DNA of 64,000 nt from Lama glama (GCA_028534125.1 CM052816.1:15812001-15876000), one strand, 5' to 3'; positions 11,060 to 22,366 are shown, counted from the first letter of the stretch. Notes: generated by a model not told the origin, from the letters alone. Made by a program: numbers and translations.

Positions 11060-11880
11060 ATATACCCATTTCTTCAACAAACTTTCATTCAATGCCTGCT
11101 GGACAGATGTCCAGTATCATGGGATATATTTCAGGGGTGCCTAACCTCAGCTGGAGGGCAGGAAGGGTTTCCCTGAGAAAGGTGCATTTAGACTGGGCCT
11201 GAGAGATGAGCAGGAGTTAGCAGGTGAAGAGGCAAAGAAGGTGGTGTAGTTGGATGTAATAGTCTGTACAAAGGCCCAGAATCCAGAGAGGGCAGGCCCA
11301 GTGGAGGATCAGAAACAAGTCCTCCACGGATGCAACAAGCTGGGGTGGGGAGAGAAATGAGACACTGAGACCCAATGAAGGATTTTTAACAGGGGAGTGA
11401 CATGATTAGACTTGCTGATTACAAAACAAATGTACTAAACACTTAATATGTGCCAAAGTAAAGTAGCCCCACAGGCCTTGACTGCCTGACCACAGCACCC
11501 TGTTTTATTTTCTTCATAGCACTTTGCTGAAAGTATCTAATTTATTTGTTTATGTGTTTATCATCTGTCTTCTCTACTGGCCTGCAGGCTCCATGAGGGC
11601 AGGAACTGTATCAGTCTCCTGGGCTCCAAAAGAGCATCTGGCACATAATAACAACCCCATAAATACCATATAAATGAATGAGTGAGTGAATGGGCCAGCA
11701 CTATGCTTGAATATTTTATCTACTATTAATCCTCAGTGGTCTTTGGAATGAGTAGATGGTCAGTCCATTTTACAGATGAGGAAAATGAAACATGGAGGGT
11801 TTCAGTAACTTGCTCAGGATTACACAGCTAGAAAGTAGTGGGGTTCTAATCTCAGCAGAGCCAAAGCTCATTACCACTCC
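11060..11880. mobile_element. Cluster of L2 fragments followed by a MIR
   Basis: L2 3'-end motifs (GCTCCATGAGGGCAGG...TGGCACATAAT...AATGAATGAGTGAGTGAATG) and MIR core CCATTTTACAGATGAGGAAA. Confidence 0.65.
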
Positions 11881-12105
11881 TGCTGAATTCAGGTTGATAG
11901 TGATGAGGTAGGGGGTAGGTTGGAGAGGTCCTGGCTGAGGGCAGCCTGAGCACAGGAGACTGCCTGCCATGACAGTCCAGGGCAGAGGTAGAGTGGTTCC
12001 CCTGGAGTGACAGCTAGGGAAGTTCATACTTTGTGTGTGTGTGTGAGTAGGGGCGGAGGAGGGCAGGGGGGATGGTGCCAGGCTAACGCACCCTCCCCTG
12101 TGCAG

Positions 12106-12229
12106 AAAACAGCGGAAGCAGATGCACAACCACCTTCGGCAGAACATGTGCCCGGCCCACCAGAACCGGAGCTTGGCCAACGGGCCCAGTCACCCCCGGC
12201 TGGACCCTGAGGAGATCCAGATGGCAGAC
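12106..12229 (+). CDS. NRG2: NRG2 cytoplasmic tail exon (KQRKQMHNHLRQN...EEIQMAD)
   Basis: Branch CTAAC, acceptor TGCAG ending 12105; donor GTGAGT at 12230; 124 nt, phase 2 to 0. Confidence 0.96.
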
Positions 12230-12573
12230 GTGAGTGGTGGTCCCTGGCCCTACTCTGAGCTCTCGTTGTACAGCCTGCCTTCTCACGCTCCCTGCAAGAA
12301 TGGGCCAGGAAGGCAATAAGTCCATCCCATGCTCAGCCTTGCCTGCTAGCCTAGCCTTGCCTCACCAGGATGACTTAGCCTCGCCTGGACTACATCCTTA
12401 AGGAAAGTCAGGGGGATTGATTTCCAGGGGCCATTGCTGCCCCAACACAGAGTCACTTATCCAATAGACCATCCCCCTACCTGGAGCTTAGTGCCTCACT
12501 TCCCCATCCCCACTAGAAAGGAGGGCCAACTTGATCGTCACTAACTACGCCCCCAACTCTCTGTCTGTTCCAG

Positions 12574-12701
12574 TATATCTCCAAGAATGTGCCAGCCACA
12601 GACCATGTCATCCGGAGGGAAACGGAGACCACCTTCTCTGGGAGTCACTCCTGTTCTCCTTCCCACCACTGCTCCACAGCCACGCCCACCTCCAGCCACA
12701 G
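12574..12701 (+). CDS. NRG2: NRG2 cytoplasmic tail exon (YISKNVPATDH...PTSSHR)
   Basis: Acceptor TTCCAG ending 12573; donor GTGGGC at 12702; 128 nt, phase 0 to 2. Confidence 0.96.
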
Positions 12702-13539
12702 GTGGGCACCACCAAGACCCACACAGACTTGCAGACTCCTGTATGCACATGTGCACCACACACCTGCCTGGGGACCTGCAGAAAACTCCCAGCCAGGCTG
12801 GGCTCTGTACTGAGGGTCCCTCTGAGCAGGAGGATGAAGGGGGGCTTCAAACCAGAATCCACTACCAAACATTCATCCAGATCCTCGGGAGACCAGATTC
12901 CTTTTTCTAGTCTAAACTGGCCCCAGAGGAACAACAGCCATCACTGTGCTGCCACCTAACATTTAGTTTAGTTTTGTTTGGACTTCATCAACACCATTTC
13001 ATCTGCCATCAAGTACCTACTCACTCAAATATCCACAGCCATTTAATGTCCTCCCTGGGTTTGCCCACACGAACCTAGTCCACCTTAGCCTCCTCTCCAG
13101 AGGTAGGGAGGCCTGTCTACATAAGCACAAAGGCTCACAGAGCTCAAGAAAGGACATGTTTGGCCCCTGTCTTCCCTGGGTAACAGCATGGAATAGGCAG
13201 AGTCCCCATATACTGGTCACTGGGACTGGGCTCCTGAGACAGGTGGCTAAGGGCCATGGGAGTGGAAGGGTCCCAGAGGGTAGGGGAGGGGTTGCAGGGA
13301 GGAAAGGAAGAAGCTGCTGCACGTCACAGCTCACCCATCCACAGGACCCCATCTCTCTTCCTCCCAATATCAGGGTTTGGCATTTACAAGATTACATGTC
13401 AGCCCAGAGTGAAGGGCAGTGAGCTGAGGGAGCCTGAGATGGAATGCAGAACCAGGGAAGGGGCAGGCCTGGGACCATACCTGCTGGGCTGCCCTGCCCA
13501 TTCCTGACCCCTCACCTCATCCCCACCTGGCTTCTCCAG

Positions 13540-13767
13540 GCATGAGAGCCACACGTGGAGCCTGGAACGTTCTGAGAGCCTGACCTCTGACTCCCAATCG
13601 GGCATCATGCTGTCATCAGTGGGCACCAGCAAGTGCAACAGCCCAGCGTGTGTGGAGGCCCGGGCGCGGCGGGCAGCAGCCTACAGCCTGGAGGAGCAGA
13701 GCAGGGCTGCTGCGCCACCTTACCACGATTCCATAGACTCCCTGCGGGACTCCCCTCACAGCGAGAG
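13540..13767 (+). CDS. NRG2: NRG2 cytoplasmic tail exon (HESHTWSLERSES...DSPHSER)
   Basis: Acceptor CTCCAG ending 13539; donor GTCAGT at 13768; 228 nt, phase 2 to 2. Confidence 0.96.
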
Positions 13768-15819
13768 GTCAGTTCCCACCCTGTGACCTGTGCCCCACCT
13801 TGGCCAGAGAGCTGGCACCACTGACCCAGGGCTGACCCTCAGGTCACCTTCAGGGACACTCCGAAGAGCCTCAGCTGTATTTCCAGATCGGCAAACAAGG
13901 TCTCTGAAAGGTTAAATGATCTGCTCACAGTCATCAGCATGTTAATGACAGGCAAGGACTACAACCAAGCCAGTGGACCCTGGGGTATTGCGATCATTTA
14001 ATTTAATTGTCCTTCTAGGACACTTTTCAGAGTAGAAAGGGGTGGTATTAATAATAGCACTGGAACATCAGGAACAAACAGGGGCTCTCTTGGACAAACC
14101 AGAACATGAGGTTGCCCTACCCTGGTGTTACTTAGAGGCCCCATATCTCAGCAGGAAGAGATACCAAGATTGAGCAGACTGGAGTGTGGGAAGGGAGGTT
14201 GGCTACAAGGAGACCAACCACGCAGGATAGGAATGAGCCAAGAATGCCCAAAGGCCCTGGCAGTGTCAGCAACAAGGTTCCCACAGATCAAGATGCCATT
14301 GGGTTCCCGAGCACTGAATGCAGTGAGAACCAGGAAACTCCCCTTCCCTGACTCCAAGCCAGGAGTCACAGGGGGTGGCCCCCAGCTTGCTCAGCCCTTG
14401 AATGGCCCTTGGCAAGTGGGGCCTGTGGAAGGAGAGCAGAAAAAGGTGCATGGTACCAGGAACTCCAGGCTGGGGTAGAGCAGGTTCAGCACAGCCTACT
14501 CCATGCAAGGCCCTGTGCTGGACTGCCTGCCTGGGATCCAGGGGTGGTCCACCTGGTTCTAGCTCCCAAGGAGCTCCCAGCCCTGGACATAACCACTGAA
14601 ACTCACAGCTGCCTATGGAAAGTGCTAAGCACAGGACACCCCACCAGGGCAGAGAAACCCAGTCTGACTAGAGGCCCTGGGAAGCATTTAGGTTTTTCCA
14701 AGACCAGCCTTTCCAAGCCCAACCACCTGTGTGATTTGGAGCAGAGTGATCACCTCTGTACCTTTGTTTCCTCAGCTGTAGAACAGGGAACACTACACCT
14801 ATCATGCGTGGTTCTTGTGGAGGCGACCTAAGATCATGTACACAAAGCTCTTTGCCTCATACTTGACATGGAGCTGGTGCTCCCAAGGTGTAGCTACTGT
14901 TAGCAATAGTAACAACAGCAACAGGACTCCTTAATGGATGGGAGGTAGAGAGAAGGGGAAAGACTTCCAGGCAAGGGGAACATCTTAAGCTGTTCCAACA
15001 GAGGCACTAAGAGCATGGCTGGTGAATGAGGTGCCTAGAGCAGGGTGGGCTGTGGGGAGTGGAGCTGGGACTGAACAGGCAGGCCGGGGCAGACAGGTGC
15101 CCACAGCCCTGGGTGGGTAAGCAGGAAGGGCCTCCTAAAGCAGAGATGTGACTTTAAAAGACTGTTCTGGTAACTGCATAGGCTGAAGGAGTTAAAACCC
15201 TGGGTGTGGGAATGACCAGAGTGAATAACTAGTCCCCAGATGGAGTAGAGCAGGGTGGAGGGTGTGTTCCAGGAGAAAGGGAGTGGGTAGGACTTGATGC
15301 ATGTGCATGTGGGAGAGGGAAGAGAGGGGAGTCAGGTGATTCAGAAAGACAGTAGTGGGGACTCAGGAGCAAGGACTCTGGAGAGCAGTGGCTTTGGCGA
15401 ACTCTGGCTCTACAGTTTGAAAGAGACATAGAGGTGGATGGTCCCTATCCTGAGATGGACAACCAGCAAGACGCTGGTTGACTCCGCAAGGGAAATGTGC
15501 AGAAAGAAAAAGGACAGGTGCCTGGCAGAGAGGGAGACATTAGCAAGGGCAAACTTTTGAAGGAATTGGTGGTCTTTAGCCTCAAGCAGAGATACTACAG
15601 TGGAGCTTTGTTAACTGTGAGCTCTAGGCTGAGGACCCTACCTGAGTACGTGTAAGCAGTCACTTCCCTGAGGCAGCTTTAACTTCAATTTAACAGAAAT
15701 ATTTCCCCCACTGTAGCCATCAGCCATAGGATGAATTGTCCCCGAGGGGAGATGAGTCCTAGTCATAGAGGTGGCTGAATGCAGGAACTAAAATGAGGAA
15801 TTGGGCAGTATGAGTCCTG

Positions 15820-16190
15820 GTTCCTGCTTGGCCTGGGTTCAAATCCCAGCTCTACCACTTACTTCCTGGCTGTACGAACCTTGAGTAAGTCACTTAAATA
15901 CTGTGAGTCTCAGTTTCCTCACGTGTAGTATGGAACTGACATAAGCCTCTACAGAATGTGATCGTACGTGTAAAATGCCCCAGCCTGAGACTGAGACTGA
16001 GCCTGAGCCAAAGTAACCATTCAGGAATACCGGTTTCCATGCGCATCCCCACAGCCAAGGACCACTGATACATTTATGGAATCATCCCAACAACGCTATG
16101 GAATGAGCACTGTGGTTATTCCCGCTTAACAGAAAAGGAAACTGAGGCTCAGAGAGATTAAGGAAATAGCTTACGGTCACTGAGGATTAC
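15820..16190. mobile_element. Two MIR fragments in opposite orientation
   Basis: GGGTTCAAATCCCAGCTCTACCACTTAC...CTCAGTTTCCTC, then AGGAAACTGAGGCTCAGAGAGATTAAG. Confidence 0.75.
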
Positions 16191-16259
16191 CACCATGGTT
16201 CTTGCAGGAGGGATCCCGGGCAAGACCACTGCTTTGCGTTCGGGTCTGCCCCATCCCCT

Positions 16260-17100
16260 GGCCACCGGCCCACTCCTCTGCCTCTCCCCGCAGGTACGTG
16301 TCGGCCCTGACCACGCCCGCGCGCCTCTCTCCCGTGGACTTCCATTACTCGCTGGCCACTCAGGTGCCGACTTTCGAGATTACGTCCCCCAACTCGGCGC
16401 ACGCCGTGTCGCTGCCGCCCGCCGCGCCCTTCAGCTACCGCCTGGCGGAGCAGCAGCCGCTCCTGCGGCACCCGGCGCCCCCAGGTCCGGGCCCGGGGCC
16501 AGGCGCGGACATGCAGCGCAGCTACGACAGCTACTACTACCCCGCGGCGGGGCCGGGGCCGCGGCGCGGGGCCTGCGCACTCGGCGGCAGCCTGGGCAGC
16601 CTGCCCGCCAGCCCCTTTCGCATCCCCGAGGACGACGAGTACGAGACCACGCAGGAGTGCGCGCCCCCGCCGCCGCCGCGGCCACGCGCCCGCGGCGCGT
16701 CTCGCAGGACGTCCGCGGGGCCCCGGCGCTGGCGCCGCTCGCGCCTCAACGGGCTGGCGGCGCAGCGCGCACGCGCGGCGCGGGACTCGCTGTCGCTGAG
16801 CAGCGGCTCGGGAGGCGGCTCGGCCTCCGCCTCGGACGACGACGCAGACGACGCGGACGGGGCTCTGGCGGCCGAGAGCACGCCTTTCCTCGGCCTGCGC
16901 TCGGCGCACGACGCGCTGCGCTCGGACTCGCCGCCGCTGTGCCCGGCGGCCGACAGCAGGACTTACTACTCCCTGGACAGCCACAGCACGCGGGCCAGCA
17001 GCAGACACAGCCGCGGGCCGCCCCCGCGGGCCAAGCAGGACTCGGCGCCCCTTTAGGGCCCCCGCCGCCCGCCGCCCCCTCCGCCTCGCCTGCCCCACTG
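16260..17100. other. CpG island over the NRG2 terminal exon
   Basis: Very GC-rich with dense CpG, unlike the CpG-depleted flanks. Confidence 0.85.
16294..17056 (+). CDS. NRG2: NRG2 last coding exon (YVSALTTP...AKQDSAPL*)
   Basis: Acceptor CCCCGCAG ending 16293; frame of ORF 16202..17056; neuregulin tail motifs ERYVSALTTP and EDDEYETTQE; TAG at 17054-17056. Confidence 0.97.
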
Positions 17101-18028
17101 TCTTTAAGGAGAACAGAGACCGCCGACTGGAGAGAGAAAAGAGGAAAAAAAGAAATAAAAATATTTTTATTTTCTATAAAAGGAAAAAGGTATAACAAAA
17201 TGTTTTATTTTCATTTTAGCAAAAATTGTCTTATAATACTAGCTAACGGCAAAGACGTTTTTATAGGGAAACTATTTATATGTAACATCCTGATTTACAG
17301 CTTCGGAAAAAAAAAAGAAACAACAAAAAAAAGAGAGATGGGCCAATTTTTTGACTCTTTAATAGAAACCTATATTGTGGTGCCTTTTGCTGTACGCTAA
17401 TCTGGAGCTCCTGGAGAGAAGTCTGGGTTGCGGGGTAGGGGGAATGTAGGATCCTGAGCTGGGGGCCGGGGCAGGAGGTGGTGAGAGAAAGCGGGAGAGA
17501 AGAGGCTGTGCGGTTTGGGGTCAGGTGGGGGCGAGGCGGGGCAGGGGGCTAGGGCAGGGCTAGCGGGGGCGCCTAGGAAGGAAGTGAGGTCCGGAGTAGC
17601 TTTACCCCCGTGCAAGATCTGCAAGTCCTGGGTCCCCTGAGGAGAGAGTGAGGATCCTAGGCTTGGAGCTAGAGTTGGGGTCAGGTAACCTCCAGGGGGA
17701 GACTAAGGCCCAGCGACAGCAATCAGAATGGGGAGGAGGCCTCCCCGCTCCTCACTGCTGCTAAGGGAGGGGGCACTGAGAAAGAGGTCTTCCCAACAGC
17801 CCCAGCCCCGGGGAGGGGGTAGCTCTGCCAGGGCCCCAATGTTCGCGGCTCCTCCTCCTTCATGGCCTCCAGGACGCCCCTCCGTCCTCTGCAGCACCTT
17901 CGTTTACAGGTCGTCTTTTCTATTTTATGCCTGCATGTCCTTTGCATTTCAGATTCTTTAGATTGGATGCATGGTCACGCTGGGACCGAGAAGAGCCACT
18001 CGACGGTGTATTTGATTTCCCTTTTAGC

Positions 18029-18034
18029 AATAAA
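18029..18034 (+). terminator. Probable NRG2 polyadenylation signal AATAAA (other candidates at 17154-17159 and 18257-18262)
   Basis: AATAAA with upstream TGTA (18007-18010) and a T-rich upstream segment, about 1 kb after the stop. Confidence 0.55.
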
Positions 18035-19778
18035 GTAACACCATGTCGTTCTCACAGCTCCACTCCCAGCTCCCAGCCCACTTACGACTTCCACTCCCTC
18101 TCCAGCCCTGTCCTCCGTGCCCCCCAAAACTGGGTCCACTGCTAATTTGTCAAAAAGGTAATTGTTTAAAAAAAAATTCTAAAAAACAAATGGGAACCCT
18201 GCCCCCTGAAATGTCCAAACACCTGACTGTTGACACTTGAACATTTTTATATTATAAATAAAATCAGAAATAACTCATGCTTGACTGTGTGTGCCTAGCC
18301 CCCAGGTGAGAAGGGAAGACAGAGGATGAGGCCCTGTGATGGAGATGGATGGAAGTTGGTGTGGAGGTTGGACAGGGCCAGAGCAGTCCCTGGGAGGAAG
18401 AGACCCTCCCTTCAGTCTCCCTGGCTCCAACACTCCTCTCTCTACTGAGAACATTCACAAAGTGCCCCCCACCACCAACCCCACCCTGGCTGCTGGGGAA
18501 TCTGGCCAAGGGGCTGACGCAAATTACTCTGCTTCGAGCTCAGCTACAGAACGCTGGTTCCTGCCCTGGAGCTACAGGGGCCAGAATGAGGCAAGAGTTT
18601 CCGTGCCTAGGTGGGTGAGGAGGGAAAGGTTGTGAGGCTGGCACCGGGGCAGCTGAGGCAAGATGACCCTTGGGGCCTCAGGCGCGTCACAGGCAAAGCC
18701 TGGACATGAAAAGTGGCATAATGGGTACCCTCAGCTGCCAGGACGACCACAGCTGCTGCAGTTTGTAAGCCTACGGGGTACTGTGCTTTTTTTATACCCA
18801 CTCAGAGCCAGGGCCTGTCTAAACTTGCAGTCCCTGATGAAGAGTACATGATTTCAGGTATGGAGAAGGCAGATGGAGATCCAGGGTTAAGAAACCTTTC
18901 CCCTATTGATTAATTTATCAAGGTGCATGGCACCAGGAACCATCAGGTTCCAGCCAGACACAAAGGACTCTTCAAAGAGCTCAGGTGGCTGACATGTGTA
19001 AATGTGTGCACAAATGCCACTGGAATGTGGATAGTCAGTTCAGAGACCTGTAAGTGGGAAGGAAAGAGAGGCTTTGTTGAAAGGGCTTGGGTATCAACAG
19101 GGCCTGAGTTCAAATTCCAGCTCTGCCCCTCACTAGCTGTGTCACTCCTCTACGCTGCACTTTTCTCAGCTGTGAAAGGGTGATGCTAATACCTACCTCA
19201 AAGGGCTGCTATGGAGATTCTATAATATATAAAGCACCCAGTATTGCTTCTGGCACATGATAGATGCCTTTTAGTGGCTAATTTGATGATGGTGATGACC
19301 ATATCCTGTGCTTTGCATTCTTGAATCACATGGTCAGAGAGTGGCAAAAACTGGATGAAAGGGAGGTGATGGAGAAAAGTAAAGAAAGGACTAGACATTG
19401 TATTCATTGTGGGGATGCTGGGGGAAAAGGTACCTGTTACAAAGGAACAAAAGAAGTGAACTAAATGCTATACAGACCTGACTTCTCCAGCCCCATGTGA
19501 TGTTCTCATCCAGAGCCATGTGCTAGCTCTGAGTTTCCTATTGGCTTTAAAATTTTCTGAGAGCCAGTAATTCCTCTGTGTGATTTATGACCCCTGTGTG
19601 ATCCCAAATAATCCTGAATGACTCTTGGTGAACCCACTGACTTTTTCATGACCTGGCTTAGTCCTCATTTGACCCTTCTGAGGGCCTGAGTTGCTGTTAG
19701 CTTCGAAAATTTCAGTCAGAAACCACCTCCATGACCACAGTCACCACCTACCTCCGCATAATTCCAATTTATTCTGAA

Positions 19779-19804
19779 TGACCTCTTGATGAACTCACTG
19801 ACCT
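19779..19804 (-). promoter_or_regulatory. Composite nuclear-receptor element: DR3 plus DR5
   Basis: Minus strand AGGTCA-gtg-AGTTCA-tcaag-AGGTCA: three perfect RGKTCA half-sites. Confidence 0.5.
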
Positions 19805-20403
19805 TCACACGGCCCCATTTGGTACCTTCATTATCTGCTCTGGATCCTAAGATACCTGCTGAGAGTCTAAAGCCAGAACCTAATCAGGTTCCTTGACTCA
19901 TTCCTCATCATATCAGCCGCCCATTCATACCCAGGTATGAATGGGACCTGAGAGCAGGTGTGGCCAGAGAGGCCCCTTCTCTACTCTCTCAAATTTCTGC
20001 TTCTTTAGTATGGCCTATCAGGAAGAGTTATAGCCCTGTTAAGTGGCTTTCCCACTACCACCCTGTCCCCTAGGGGCACTTAGGACACTTGGGCAGCTTC
20101 CTGAGTCAGTCTTCCCAAACCCTCCAATTCTTTCTTTTCTCTGCCAGGTCATTTTTGGCTTATCTCCCCAGCCCTTCCAGAGTCCCAAATGGTAATGGTG
20201 ACTGCCTGTCCCCCTCCCTACTAGACTGTGAGCCCCATGTGGACAAGGAGCTGATCAGTCCTTTTCGCACCACAGTATCCCCAGCCCCCAGCACAAGGTG
20301 TAGCACCGTTGGCTTTCACTGAATGAGAGGGTGAAGGCTCAAGAGACTGTGTCCTGGGGGTCAGCCCCCAAGAAGTCCCTGAGCCCGCGGCCACTTCCCA
20401 AGA

Positions 20404-20417
20404 CCACCAGGGGGCGC
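20404..20417 (+). promoter_or_regulatory. CTCF binding motif
   Basis: CCACCAGGGGGCGC equals the CTCF core consensus. Confidence 0.7.
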
Positions 20418-20499
20418 AAACCACTTATTGCATCTCACCTATAGTCCTCCAGGGCTCTGGATTTGGACAGTGTCCGAAAATGGGCATATTATTAGGGGC

Positions 20500-20718
20500 A
20501 GAGGTTGTGGGGGGAACATGATGGTCCATTAGAATGCAGAAAAAATATTAGAACTTTGCTTTAGATTTATTTTCATCTCATCTTTTTAAAATTTCTATTT
20601 TTGTGTATGTTTTATAATGTACATATTTTAGTACAGTAGTACATGTATATAATTTACAATAAATAATTATACAATTAAGAAAGTGAACTAAAATTTTTTT
20701 TACTGATGGGAGGCACAC
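20500..20718. mobile_element. hAT-Charlie DNA transposon fragment (Charlie4z-like)
   Basis: AT-rich AAAATATTAGAACT...TTTTGTGTATGTTTTATAATGTACAT...TTTTTTACTGATGGG resembles this family; by eye only. Confidence 0.55.
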
Positions 20719-21591
20719 CTGTCTACAGCAGATAGAGCTCACTCCTCTGCTTTAACTCACCTGCTCTCAGAAGGTGGAGGGTGGGAAGCTGACCCCCAAA
20801 ATCAAAGGACTTTGAGACAGCGTGAAGTACAGAGAGCTTTTTTATATTTCCACATTGCTCTTTCAGTTTCACTTAAATGAACATTTACTTCCCATCAGCA
20901 AAATGAAGGTGCCAGATGGTTTGGTTATAAAATACACTAAACTGATTCAAATTAAATAATCTGGATTTAAATCACTATGTCTCTCCACAGACTCACACAT
21001 CCCTTGCATCAAATATGAGTGGACTTATAAATGTTGGATACTTAGTTGCAAGGTTGGCTTATCTTATTAACTAAATATGTTACCAGTGAGGTCACACTGC
21101 TGACCAAACTACAGTAATCTATTTTAAAAATAGAAAGGATTTGCTCATCACAGCTGCATTGAGGGTGCCATCACCCCCACCACCCATTCTTGTCAGTCTG
21201 AGGAATTCAAGGATTAAAGGATGCTAGTCTGTGATCATCACGTGGCAAATTTCTCTATTCTTCCCAGACATGTCCTTAGCTAGCATTTCTGAGTCACTAG
21301 AAGAGTGAAAGAAATATCAGCCTAAAAAACAATCAACAACTTGTCATTCCATCTTTTCCCAAGAGCAAGAATAAATGGCTTCCATAACCTTCCCCCACCA
21401 AACATCTTTGGGCTTTGACAAGTTGCTATTTGCAAGGCAGAATGTCTTTTATTCCTGTAGCAGTAGATCTGTACAAGAGGCCACCTCTGGAGCTCAGAGA
21501 CCTGGCAGCACCAACATAAAAACCAAGATATAAACAGGGCCATGGTCCCATCCCACTCACACCCCAGGATGCCTGTGGGACTGATGGGGTG

Positions 21592-21594
<3 letters not shown>

Positions 21595-21625
<31 letters not shown>
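21595..21625. repeat. (CA)n microsatellite
   Basis: Direct reading. Confidence 0.9.
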
Positions 21626-21629
<4 letters not shown>

Positions 21630-21734
21630 GCAACTATTTATTCCAAATCATCAACTGTAAGAGCAGTTTAAGTCACAGGTTAGCCGGAAAAGGGGGAAAT
21701 GGGATGAGAGGAGGTCATACTATCTCCGCTTTCC

Positions 21735-21834
21735 NNNNNNNNNNNNNNNNNNNNNNNNNNNNNNNNNNNNNNNNNNNNNNNNNNNNNNNNNNNNNNNNNN
21801 NNNNNNNNNNNNNNNNNNNNNNNNNNNNNNNNNN
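21735..21834. other. Assembly gap (100 N)
   Basis: Run of exactly 100 N, a typical unknown-size gap. Confidence 0.99.
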
Positions 21835-22054
21835 CGGGCTGGGGAGAGGGCCTGAGGCCCAGAGCAGCCCCAAGATGCAAGAAGATCAACACCATGAATA
21901 GCTTCTCCATCTCCTTGGCCCACAGGGCCCTCTACACCCCTCTGGCTGCCCGTCAACTGCCTGGAGCTGGTCCGAGTGGCCCCTGGCTGGAATTGTGCTC
22001 ATTGACCCCTCTGGGGGCATTTGCCTGCCTCTGGGGCCTGCTCATCCACGCCAG

Positions 22055-22366
<312 letters not shown>

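Larger units (their letters stand above)
310..17056 (+). other. NRG2: NRG2 gene, 3' portion (5' exons and EGF-alpha exon lie upstream of the window); CDS join 310-368,6041-6064,9898-10000,12106-12229,12574-12701,13540-13767,16294-17056
   Basis: Joined exons (1429 nt = 1 + 476 codons including stop) give a continuous neuregulin-2 beta C-terminus from CPVGYTGDRC through KHLGFELKEAEELYQKRVL, the TM helix, to AKQDSAPL*. All introns are GT-AG with matching phases. Confidence 0.97.
20830..22054 (-). other. PSD2: PSD2 3' UTR (end uncertain; minus-strand AATAAA at 21642-21637, 21453-21448 and 20571-20566)
   Basis: Sequence downstream of the PSD2 stop; the true cleavage site cannot be fixed from sequence. 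Confidence 0.4.

Noticed and set aside
16291..16299. CAG|GTACGT as a recursive splice site
   Set aside because: The donor-like sequence is explained by the conserved R-Y-V codons, and this is the terminal exon
16187..17098. 303-aa antisense ORF and other nested ORFs over the NRG2 last exon
   Set aside because: Low-complexity Arg/Ala/Gly translation confined to the CpG island; expected shadow of very GC-rich coding DNA
21542..21956. ORFs spanning 21735-21834
   Set aside because: Artefacts of the 100-N assembly gap
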